Shown here: piece after piece, positions 53,836-64,000 of the stretch
Numbering within the stretch: position 1 is the first letter of the stretch
Layout of the letters: the number at the start of each line of letters is the position of its first letter
From: Candidatus Marinacidobacterales bacterium
Lineage (GTDB): Bacteria > Acidobacteriota > Vicinamibacteria > Marinacidobacterales > SMYC01
Assembly (NCBI GenBank): GCA_965224085.1
Contig: CBDCYI010000005.1
Span: 768,001 to 832,000, forward strand
Direction of reading: 5' to 3'
DNA length: 64,000 nucleotides
Notes under the pieces: generated by a model
Database searches by the model: none
What the model saw: only the letters and a program-made list of their open reading frames with translations
Told to the model about the DNA's origin: nothing
Translations under genes and position numbers: made by a program

Positions 53836-54060
53836 AAGCCTAGGCAGCCTAGGCGGAGACGCGAGCCTTCCACGAGCTTTTGAGCATTTGCAATCTTGCG
53901 CCGACCCTACGATAACGGACCCGCGATTCGGAATCGCTGCTTGGTGTAGGTAATTCCCCCAGCTTTCGACTCGGATTTCCCCACGACGAGGCCGCCGCGC
54001 TCAGTTCTAAACGGCCCAAGTCTTTCAAACGTGGTGGCTTACAACAATCACTGAGCGACC

Positions 54061-57000
54061 GTGTTGGCGCGTTCTTTGCAGAAAGACCAAAGACCTGACG
54101 ATGAGGGGATTCGACGTTCACGCTGCGACCACGCCACCACATGCCCAACGGACCGTAGGTCGGGGCGCTCGACAGCGTTGGGCAGGGTTTTTTCATCAAG
54201 AGCTGCCACACTAGGGATGATCCTGGCTCTCGCTCATTCCGCTACGGCACAGAGCACCGGTACTTATTCAGGGAACGGAAATGACAACCGTGCCTTCACG
54301 GGATTGGGCTTCCAGCCCGTCGTGGTGATCATCAAAGGCGACTCGGGCGCCGAAGCCTACATCCGCACCTCGACCATGTCAGGCGCCAAGAGCCTTGGGT
54401 CGGGGTCTCCGATCGTCTCCAACCATATCCAATCGCTGGATGCGGATGGGTTCACCATAGGAGACGACAACAACGTCAACGAATGCAGCGTCGATTTTTA
54501 CTGGGTCGCCTTCCCGGCGTTGCCGTGGCCACAGATGCAGCGTGGGTCGTATGGAGGCAACGGCAGCAGCCAATCCATCACCGGGATGGCGTTTTCGCCG
54601 GAATACGTCATCGTGATGTCGGCCGCGGGCCACGAACCCGTCCATCGCTCGGCAAGCATGACGACAACCTACCAATTCAAAGGAGATGGGGGGAGTTCCG
54701 GTCGGGTCACGTCACTCGACGCGAACGGCTTTACCGTGGGGGGAATCCTGAGGTCAATGAAAGTGGCACAACCTACCATTACGTGGCCTGGAACAAAGTG
54801 CTCGGGAAAATGAACGAGGGCTCGTATCTGGGAAATGAGCTCGATAATCAGAACAAGACAGGGGTCGGCTTTCAACCCAAATATCTGATCATCAAGGACT
54901 CCGCCGGCGAACGGGGCGTCCATCGGACGGAATCCTTAACCGGGGATAGTACGCTTGACTTCGAAGGCAATGCCAACATTCCAAACGCCATACAGGCACT
55001 TCAAGCGGACGGCTTCCAGGTAGGCTCGGACGTCACCGTAAACAAAGACACTGCGACGGATTACTGGATCGCCTTCGCTAACGCGACGACGAAGGTCACC
55101 CTCGCTTCCTTTGAGCCCACCGGCTATGACGGTGAAGTCCTTCTGGAGTGGGAGACAGCGTCCGAGCTCAACAACCTGGGGTTTCAACTGTATCGCTCGA
55201 CGTCGCAAGACGGTCCCTATGAGCGGATCACCGCTCAAGCGATACCGGGGTTGGGCTCGTCCGTTGTGGGCGCGAAGTACAGCTACCGCGACACGGACGT
55301 TACGAACGGGACGACGTACTACTACCGATTAGAAGACATCGAAACGACGGGACAGACCGAGATGCACGGACCGGTCTCGGCGACGCCTCGGGCAGGTGGT
55401 TCGTCGAGTAGCCGGGATCGCCGTCGTAGGGCGCGTCCACCGTCAGACGAGACGCTGATCACCTATGGAGAGCCTTCCGCGAGCTCATGGAACGTGTTGC
55501 AGCGGGGTCGCGATCAGATACTCATCGAGCTACGGACGGGCGGTTTCTACGCAGCGCCGCAAGAAGATGGAACGGTACAGATTACGATCCCGGACTTTGT
55601 GGAGCTCCGCGAAGCGGGCGCGCCAGCGATTCCGGTCAAGCGAGCGAGGGTGGAGGCGATCGCGGGTCGCAAGGTGCGGCTGGTTTCCGTGAGGGCCCAT
55701 GACGTGGAGGCCTTCACGAGCTTGCGTCCCGCGCAAGCGGAGATGCCGGAGATCGTGGCGTCGCAAGACGGTACCGTGCGGGCCTCTCGTCGTCGAGCGC
55801 GGTCGGCGTTTCGAGGAGAGGAACTGAGCCCGTCGAGCGCGGCGCGGATCGTCGAAGTGGGATTCCAGGGCGACGTGAAAAAAGCTCTGGTGGAGCTGGC
55901 GCCCGTTCGTTGGGATGCGGCAAGGGGACAGCTTTTGCTCGCGCGTCGTCTCGTCGTCCGGCTGTCCTTCAGAGAGCGAGAGCCTTCGGAGACAACGACG
56001 CGGGGTAGACGTGGTCGCCGCTACCGAAAGCGGGATAGCCACGACGAGCGCAGCGTCGCCACGCGTCTCGCCACGACCGAGAGAGGCCTCTACGCTTTGC
56101 GTTACGAGGACGTGTTCCGTCTGCGCCGCGGCGTACGTGCGAGCGAGCTCCGTCTGAGTCGTCAAGGCGAATCGGTGGCGTACCATCTCGAGCCGAGCCC
56201 GACGCGCTTCAAGCCGGGATCGACACTCTACTTCATGAGCGAAGGCGCTGCGGTGAACCCTTACGGCAACGAGGCTGTCTACGAGCTCGAGGTGGGCCGG
56301 GCGGGAGCGATGATGCTCTCGAGCTCACAAGCGCCCTCCGGAGAAGACACGACGTTTTATATGAAACGGGTGGAGCAAGAGCAAAATCGCTATTACCAAG
56401 CTGCTCTCGTCGCAGCGCCGGATCGATGGCTATGGGACCTGTTGTTTGCACCCGTGACGAAGAGCTACCCGTTCGAGGTGAACGCTCTCGCGCCCACGAC
56501 GCAACCCTCGACACTCAGTGTATGGCTCCAAGGAGTGAGTGATTTTGACGCGGACCCGGACCACCACTTGCGCGCCTACGTGAATGGGACGTTTGTCGGC
56601 GAGGTGAGCTGGGACGGCAAAGCGTCGCGGCGCATCGATGTGGAGCTACTGCCGGGCGTTCTCTCCGAAGGGGAAAACACTCTGGAGCTCGAGAACGCGG
56701 GAGATACGGGCGCCTTGTACTCGATGGTCCTGCTCAACCGATTCGCTTTGAGCTATCCGCGCGTCGCGGTGGCCGAAGGCGGAACGCTCGAAGGTAGGTG
56801 GATGGAATCGGGAGTAGCGGAAGTCAGCGGGCTGAGCGGGGAAGCTCATGTGCTCGAGCTGAGCGGAGAGCACCCGCAGTGGCTGAGCGGAGCCCAGCTC
56901 CCCGAAGCGGGGACCGTGCGATTCCGAGCGGAAGCGGGTGGGAGCTACCTAGCGGTGAGCGCGGAAGCAGTGCGTCGTCCCGAACTGCGCCAGGTCTTCG

Positions 57001-58088
57001 CGAGCAGCCTTCAACACTTGAAGAACCGGCGCAACCGTGCGGACTACCTGCTCATTGGCCCTCGGAACTTCCTCGTGGCGGCGACGCCCTTGCTCGAGCA
57101 CCGGAAGCGCCAGGGTCTGAAGGTGAAGTCGATCGCCATCGAGGATGTGTACTCGGAGTTCGGCTATGGGGAGTCGGCGCCCGAAGCTCTTCGCGAGTTC
57201 TTGAGCTATGCGTACCACAACTGGCGTGAGCCTTCGCTGCGCTACGTGGTGCTTTTCGGGGACGCGACCTACGACTTCAAGGACTACCTAGAGACGGGAG
57301 TGCAGAATCAAGTGCCACCGCTCATCGTGAAGACCAGCTATATGTGGACGGCGTCGGATCCGGGCTATGCGGCGGTCAACGGTGAGGACCTCCTACCGGA
57401 CCTGCCGATCGGACGACTGGCGGCGAGCACGGTGGACGAAGCGCGGAGTATGGTGGAGAAAATCCTCACCTACGAGACGGGCGAAGCGACTCTCGCGGCG
57501 CCGGTGGTGTTGGTAGCGGACAACGCGGACGAGGCGGGAAACTTCGAAGCTGATGCCAAAGCACTTGCCGGGAGTGTTCTCGCTTCGAGGCATCCCGAGA
57601 AGATCTTCCTAAGTCAACTGGGGACCGCCGCGACGCGCGACGGGATCATCCAGAGCTTCGACGACGGCGCATCGATCGTGAGCTACATCGGCCACGGCGG
57701 CATCGTGGTTTGGGCGTCGGAGAATGTCTTCAACTACACGGACGTCGAGGCCTTGGCCCCTCAAGCGCAACAGCCGGTGCTTCTGACGATGAACTGCCTC
57801 AATGGCTTCTTCCACTTGCCACACATCAACGCGCTCAGCGAGGAGCTCGTCAAAGCGACGGACAAAGGAGCGATAGCGGCGTTCTCACCGAGCGGTCTGA
57901 GCTTGAACGATGCGGCGCATATTTATCATCAGGCGCTTCTGCGCGAGCTCGTCGATTTCAAAGGGCGTCACGAGCGTCTCGGAGATGCGGTGCTCGCAGC
58001 ACAGGCGGCCTACGCCGAGACGGGAGCCTTCCCTGAGCTTTTGAGCATATATCATCTATTCGGCGATCCCGCCTTGACCCTCCGGTAA
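54061..58088 (+). CDS. large exported C25 (gingipain-family) cysteine peptidase; frameshift in G6 run 54738-54743
   Basis: ADYLLI, LFGDATYD, IGRL, YIGHG (His), MNCLNG (Cys), LFGDPAL; N-terminal GxYxGNG...G.GFQP repeats; start uncertain. Confidence 0.8.
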
Positions 58089-58210
58089 CCGGCGAGGACT
58101 TGTTGCCGGATGTGGCTCTCGGGCGCCTTCCCGCGGCGAGCGTCGAAGAAGTCCGAGCTCTGGCAGACAAGATCCCGTGCGATCTCGGCGAAGAGTCGAG
58201 TTTGTAGGAG

Positions 58211-60490
58211 CTACTGGACGTAGCCCAAAGCGCGCAGCCGTTCGAGCTCGGCGGCGTCGATCTGGCCGGTCGCCGCTTCGTCGTCGAGGCGCGCCGCTTC
58301 CGCGAAGCCGCGCCAGTTGTCGAGCATCTCGGTGAGGCGCTCGACGATCTCGGGGTGCTCACCGGCCACGTCGCTCTGGTCGAGCGGATCGTCGCGGTGC
58401 GCGTAGAACTCGAATCGCGGCTCGTCCCCGCCGTCGAACCGCACGAGCTTCCATCCGTCCGAGATGATGGACCGCGTTACTGTGGTGAGGCGCAAATTGG
58501 GTAGCATTTCCGTGATGGCGGGACGATTCCACCGCGCTTCGCCACTTTCTTCGAAGAGCGACGTGAGGCTTTGCCCTTGGGCCGCGTCGGACGCGGGGAG
58601 CCCGCTCAGCTCCAGCAGGGTGGCATCAAGTCGACGGTCTGGACCATCGTTCCGACGCGTCGTCCCGCGGGGACGAAGCTTGGGCGCCAAAGCATCATCG
58701 GTACGCGGTTCAGCTCTCCATAGACGCTGTGGCCGTGAAAGTGCGCGTCGTGCTCCAGGAGCTCCGTTCCGTGATCGGCCACGACGGCGACGAGCGCGCG
58801 CTCGGCGAGCCCGAGCTCGTCCAGCTTCGCGAAGACTTTGGCGAGGGCGGCGTCCATGCCCCGGATCGAGCCGTCCATGCCGTTCGTCTCGTGGCGCACG
58901 AAGAGATCGGGATCCACCTTGGCCTCCACGAGCTCGGATGTCGTCGGCATACCGAATGCCTTCATGAGCGGGTCCTGTATATGCGGCCGCACCTGTTCCG
59001 TCAGCGCGTCGAGCTCGTCCATGTCTCCGGGCTCGGCATAAGTCGTTTCATAATCTTCTGTAGGGCGAAACGGACTATGAGGATCGGCCACGTGGAGCAG
59101 CGCGAAAAACGGTGTGTCGCGGTGCGACTCGATCCACAGCAGCAGACGCGGCACGAGCTCAGGCGAGCTCTTCAGGTTCTCCCAATCCGGTAGAGAGCCC
59201 GACTCGTGCATCACCTCATAACCCTGGTGCAGATTCGTGAGCTGCCCGACGAAAGGGATAGATGTCAGGGCAAGCGTCGCGTAGCCGGCGGAGCGGTAGG
59301 CCTCGGCGATCGTCGCCGCCGATGCGGGCAGGCGATCCGGGATGTCTTCGACGGCGTGCGTCGTGGGGTAGAGTGATGTCTGGATGGTCGTGACCGAGAC
59401 TTTGGTCCACGTCGCCTGACTGATTGTATCCTCGAACCAGACACCTTCACCCGCGATGCGCGCGAGCGTTGGCGCCGTTTGCCGGCCGTAGCCGTAGAGT
59501 TCCAAGTGATCGGCGCGCAACGTGTCCGTGATGATGAGAATGACGGCTTGCGGCTGATTTTCGGGTGCCGCATTCGAGCGTATGGCGGGTGCGCCCCAAA
59601 ATCCGAGAGTTCCGGGATCAGCGGCATCGATGCTCAGCGTAACGTCGACGCGCTCTCCACCCATCCCCTCGAGGTCGAGCGAGGCGGCGTGCCAAGCGTC
59701 CGGTTCGTCGACGACGGTCTCGAGCACGCGGTCGCCGACTTCGACACGAAAAGTCACGGGCCCCGTTTCGATCGTGGCAACGCCTAGATCCAGAAACGGT
59801 TCGGCGGGAAGATCGACTTGATAGCGCACGCGTTCCGGCGCGCGGGTCACGATTGCCTCGTTGTAAATCTCGGACATGCCGTGCCAGCCCACGCCCGAGG
59901 CGATCGAGCGTAGATGCTCGCCTCGGAAAATGAGCCGTATCGTCTCGATCTCGAAATCGGCGTCGGCTTCGTTCGTCGGGACCAAGAGCACGTGCGCCAT
60001 CTCTTCCGGCGACCGCTTCGACGTGGCCCGGATCAGATAGGTCTGCATGTCGTCCCCCGGCCGGACGGGTGTCGTGAAGGCGCCGAGGGGATCGCCGAGC
60101 GTTACGCGGGAGCACGAGCTCGGGGCCGCTGAAACGCACCGTCATCTGTGTCCCCGCGCTGACGCGCGCACGGACCTCGACGGCGTAGAGCATCTCGGAC
60201 GCGGGCACATCTCCACCACGCGCGACGATTAGGACGGGTTGGTCCGAGCTCGAACGTCCGCGTAGGAGGCCGTCCTCGATACGCAGGCCTTCGATGCCCT
60301 GGACGGCGTCCCAACCGAGCCTGCCCTCGTCGAAGCTCCATACGGTGGGCGCGTAATCGGCGCCTACGGGCTCCGGCGAACCCTCGACGATGGCTTCGGA
60401 GAAGATGTCGACGAAACGAACCGGCGCGGAAGACGGCGGTGGTCCCCCGCATCCGGCAAACAACGCTACCACGACGAGTGTTTTACGCAT
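58211..60490 (-). pseudogene. sulfatase-like lipoprotein with two frameshifts (~60090, ~58620)
   Basis: Lipobox FAGC; DTLRADH, WTKVS, DPHSP, ADHG; C-terminal LRALGYV in a third frame. Confidence 0.8.
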
Positions 60491-60493
60491 GCG

Positions 60494-61378
60494 TTACCTC
60501 TCCTTGACGCCTTGAATGGCGCCTTTGATGAGATTGTAGGCCGCGAGACGCGAGAGTCCGCCGACATCCCGTGCGCCCCACGACGTCGACGCGATCCCGA
60601 GAGCCGCCGCTTTCTCGTAGCGGAACATCTCGGTGAGCGCTCCGGCGAGCTCCAAGCTCGTCGGACCGTTCGGCACCGTCAGCGGGTGGCCGGCGACTTC
60701 CTTCGGATCGAGCACGTCCATGTCGATATGGATGTAGATCTTGTCGACGAGCGAGGACAAGCGTTCCATCTGCGCGTGGATCTTCTCCGAGCGTTCGCGA
60801 ATGTCGTCGGTCGTTATGTGCTCGACCTCGCTGCGGTCGAGGAGCTCTTGCTCGAGCGGATCGGTGTCGCGTACCGTGGCCTCGACGATATAGCGCTCGG
60901 GGAGCGGAACGTCGAGGCCGGATTCGAGGCGCAAGTTCCGTAAGCACATGCCTACGGCCACCGCGACGGGCATCCCGCCGAGCATCCCGCTCAGCGTCGT
61001 CTCGGGAGCGTTGATGTCGCCATGGGCGTCGATGAAGACGAGGCTGATCTTGAGCGGCCGGCGCGATGAACCGGAGCTCTGGAGACCGCCGAGAACGCCG
61101 GAGAGCGAGCTGCAATTCGCAAGGAGGCCGACGGTCAAGTACCCCTCGCGCTCGTTATCGGCGACGATGTCCCCAAGATGAGCGTTGGCCATCCCGAGAC
61201 GATGCCACTCGCCGTAATCGTTCTCCTCTTCTTTGGTGAGCTTTACCGTGGGGATGGTCCTCACCGTGCCGCCGGATTCTTCGATTACCTGAACTACGCC
61301 GCCGTCGTCCGAGCTCTCGTATTTCTGCGCGGAGGCGAGCACCGGTGCCAGCAAGGCCAAAATGAGCCACTTCTTCAT
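60494..61378 (-). CDS. arginase/ureohydrolase family protein (signal-peptide-like N-terminus)
   Basis: FIDAHGDIN, GMP, HIDMDVLDP. Confidence 0.88.
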   Translation of the reverse strand: MKKWLILALLAPVLASAQKYESSDDGGVVQVIEESGGTVRTIPTVKLTKEEENDYGEWHRLGMANAHLGDIVADNEREGYLTVGLLANCSSLSGVLGGLQSSGSSRRPLKISLVFIDAHGDINAPETTLSGMLGGMPVAVAVGMCLRNLRLESGLDVPLPERYIVEATVRDTDPLEQELLDRSEVEHITTDDIRERSEKIHAQMERLSSLVDKIYIHIDMDVLDPKEVAGHPLTVPNGPTSLELAGALTEMFRYEKAAALGIASTSWGARDVGGLSRLAAYNLIKGAIQGVKER

Positions 61379-62784
61379 TGGGGCTCTCCTTCGGTCAACA
61401 CCGCGTCAAGGATTTTGTCGGCGTCGTCCCATCCGTGCTCGTACTGGACCTCACGACAGCGTGCGAGTATAACGCCGAAAGACTTTCCCGGTTGCAAACC
61501 CTGGGCGATCAAATGCCGCCCGAAAACGACGTCTTTCGGCGCTGCTACTTCGAGCTCCAGTGCTTGCATCTGCTCGCGGAAGTGGTCCCCTGCGGGATAG
61601 GAGCGCGCGAGGGCGCCTTTCGTCGTTCGGCCGAAGTGATCGGCGGTTGCGACACGCAGGAGAAGCTCCATCGTGGCGCCGCCCGCTTCGAGATCACGCG
61701 CGAGGCGGCGGTAGCCTCTGGCGGTTGCGCCGTTTTTGAAATAGAGGCCCGGGGCGAGGTGGTGGCGTACGAGCACACGGACGCGGTCGACGAGCTCGGT
61801 TGAGGCGCGTAACCGCTCGAGAAACGCGGCCGCGATGGGGACACCTTCTGTGTCGTGTTTGTGCGAGCGGATCCGGCCGTCGACTTCCTCGGTCGTTGCG
61901 GGCTTCCCGAAGTCGTGACAAAGCGCGCCATACATGAGCGCGAGATCGTGCTCGTCGCTTTGACGCAGTCGAGCCGCTTCGTCGATCACCATCAGCGTGT
62001 GGACGAAGACGTTCCCTTCGGGATGCCACTCCGCGTCTTGCGGCGTTTCGATCATGGCTTCGATCTCAGAAAAAAAACTAAGCAGCCCCGTCTCGCGAAG
62101 AAACTCGAACGCGACGGAAGGCCGCTCCGCCATCAAGAGGATCTTGTTGAGTTCGGCAAAGACCCGCTCCGCCGGAAGCTCCGAAAGGTCGAGTGCCGCG
62201 CAAAGCCGCTTCAGCTCGTCATCCGGCGTCATCCCGAAACGCGCCGCGAACTGTGCCACACGGAGGCCGCGAAGCGGATCTTCCGAGAAATGTGACGGAT
62301 CGCTGGCCCGGAGGACTTTGGCCTCTAGATCGTCCTGTCCGCGGAAGGGGTCGACGAGAGCCCCAGTCCCGATGTCGTAGCCAACACTGTTGATAGTGAT
62401 GTCGCGTCGCCTCGCGGCCTCCTCGAAGCTCATGTCCGGGTCGTAGGTGACGTCGAACCCCGTATGTCCTACGGCGACCTTGCTGTCCTTGCGTGGCAGT
62501 GAGAAGTCGGCGTCGATGCCCTTCACGCGAAGGACCCCGAAGGCCCGCCCGACATGGGTGACGCTGCCGAAACGCGCGAGCACGTTTTCCACGCGCTCCA
62601 TGGACAGACCGAAGACTTCGATATCGACGTCTTTCGAAGGGATGTCGAGAAGGCGATCGCGCACGGTGCCGCCGACGAGAAAGGCCCGCCCGCCCGCCTC
62701 ACGAAACGCGGCCGCGATCTGGGGTAGCGGCTTTTCGAGATGGATATGGATATTGACGCGCAACGTCCTCAGGGCTCGCGCCAC
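61375..62784 (-). CDS. tRNA nucleotidyltransferase / poly(A) polymerase family protein with HD domain
   Basis: VGGTVRD, DVDIE, RRDITINS, EDPLR, HPEG.V..H, HDFGK; start uncertain. Confidence 0.92.
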   Translation of the reverse strand: MARALRTLRVNIHIHLEKPLPQIAAAFREAGGRAFLVGGTVRDRLLDIPSKDVDIEVFGLSMERVENVLARFGSVTHVGRAFGVLRVKGIDADFSLPRKDSKVAVGHTGFDVTYDPDMSFEEAARRRDITINSVGYDIGTGALVDPFRGQDDLEAKVLRASDPSHFSEDPLRGLRVAQFAARFGMTPDDELKRLCAALDLSELPAERVFAELNKILLMAERPSVAFEFLRETGLLSFFSEIEAMIETPQDAEWHPEGNVFVHTLMVIDEAARLRQSDEHDLALMYGALCHDFGKPATTEEVDGRIRSHKHDTEGVPIAAAFLERLRASTELVDRVRVLVRHHLAPGLYFKNGATARGYRRLARDLEAGGATMELLLRVATADHFGRTTKGALARSYPAGDHFREQMQALELEVAAPKDVVFGRHLIAQGLQPGKSFGVILARCREVQYEHGWDDADKILDAVLTEGEPQ

Positions 62785-63215
62785 TCTACGGGATCGCCTA
62801 GCGCAATCTTGCCGTCATCGAGGACCTCGCCAAAAGCGCCGCCTAACCATTCGGAGCGCATGGCGCTTCGGAGACCTTGATGCGCTTCGTCCATTCGCTC
62901 GCAGGGTCTCGTCTCCCCGTAAATGCGGATGCGTACGGCGCCGATGGCGAGAACGCGTCCGCCGGCGTCTTTCAAGTCGACGCCGCTCACCATGAGATTG
63001 GCGCGGCGCGACGACGGGTCGGCGTTGCCATTCGTCTGCTCCATCAGCTCTTTCCATGCTTCTTGGGAAAGGATGGTGACTTGGCGTTTGCCGCCCTGGT
63101 TGGCGTTGCCGTCGATGCCGCGGCCTTCGACCAAAGTGGCTTCCAATTTAGGATCCATGGGCCCGCGTTTGAAACGCTTGACCCAAATGGCTTCGAGACG
63201 TCCCTGATGTGTCAT
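62769..63215 (-). CDS. MOSC domain protein
   Basis: RQVT, RRANL, TRPCERM, G.IALGD. Confidence 0.88.
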   Translation of the reverse strand: MTHQGRLEAIWVKRFKRGPMDPKLEATLVEGRGIDGNANQGGKRQVTILSQEAWKELMEQTNGNADPSSRRANLMVSGVDLKDAGGRVLAIGAVRIRIYGETRPCERMDEAHQGLRSAMRSEWLGGAFGEVLDDGKIALGDPVEWREP

Positions 63216-63343
63216 GTCGGACACTATTTTAGACGAGATTCGCGATATTCTCTTGTGTGGCGGTTTGCGAGGGCCCGCTTGACGGGGGGTAGGTCGAAGC
63301 CGGGCTAGGCTCTTCATCGGTGATGACCACGACGGAGCTCGCG

Positions 63344-63830
63344 TCAGCGATGAGGGATTCGAAACTCTCCGGATCCGTCTGGATCATTTGCGGCGTGGCT
63401 GCTGCCGGACGCCCCGGCGGTGTTGGCGCAGGCACGACCGGAGGAGGAGGCGTGAGTTCGGGGGCAGTCTGATCGCTGTCTGCTGTCTGAGCGACGAGGA
63501 GAAGGGCTTGTGTCTCCTCGGGGCGGCCTGCCTTCGTGGTCGTGCTGAGAGAGAGTATTTCGTTCGCGAAGTATAGTCGCCTTTCGGCTGACCACGTCGT
63601 CGAGAGCAGGACCAGAAGCTGCAGGCAAGCGGTCAGGCGCGATACTCACCCGGCCGGTACGCGGTGAGAGCGGGAAACGACCAGCGAGCGATTCTCTCGT
63701 CAGTTCTATCAGCTCGGGGTCCTCGAGGAGCGTGTCGACGGGTTCGAGTAGATCATCCTTGATGAGCGACGCCTGTTTGGAGAAGTTGACGTAGAAGAGG
63801 GCGGACTGCCTGGTAACGGTCCCTATAACG
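63344..63830 (-). pseudogene. IS5/ISNCY-like transposase N-terminal remnant
   Basis: Manual translation RQSALFYVNFSKQASLIKDDLLEPVDTLLEDPEL...RTGRVSIAPDRL resembles such transposase N-termini; no DDE domain follows. Confidence 0.5.
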
Positions 63831-64000
63831 CCTAATAAATATCATCCCTTAGGCTACAAGTCAAGAAAAAAACGACCAAATACAAAATAGTTGGGAAAAT
63901 TCTTGCGGATCGATCCAGGCGCGTTTGGCGCCGGCAAATCACAGATCTGTCAGCTGCCCGATTGGACGCGGATTGAAACCAACGGTGAAAGCGGTTACGT

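Overview
GC-rich bacterial chromosomal window. An ADOP-type permease, many sulfatase-like lipoproteins, a PQQ dehydrogenase and satellite BMC genes suggest Acidobacteriota (inference). It carries housekeeping genes (hydA, nnr, tsaE, ppk2, guaB, secA, a CCA/poly(A)-type nucleotidyltransferase), a Qrc/alternative-complex-III-like respiratory operon with cytochrome c maturation genes, a two-gene microcompartment satellite, an AbrB-Doc toxin-antitoxin pair and many broken genes (internal deletions, frameshifts, one nonsense codon). Two features are missed by the ORF track. (1) A ~2.64 kb IS110-family element (33194-35832, CC core at both ends). Its putative bridge RNA (~34370-34510) has four guide segments matching both element junctions, and two passenger genes lie inside its left end, between the predicted circle-junction promoter and the bridge RNA. 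(2) A 72-aa glutaredoxin-like protein (4405-4623) with two in-frame UGA codons, each followed by a SECIS-like hairpin (UXX-star-type selenoprotein). I saw no rRNA, tRNA or CRISPR array. All family calls come from motif recognition by eye, not database searches.
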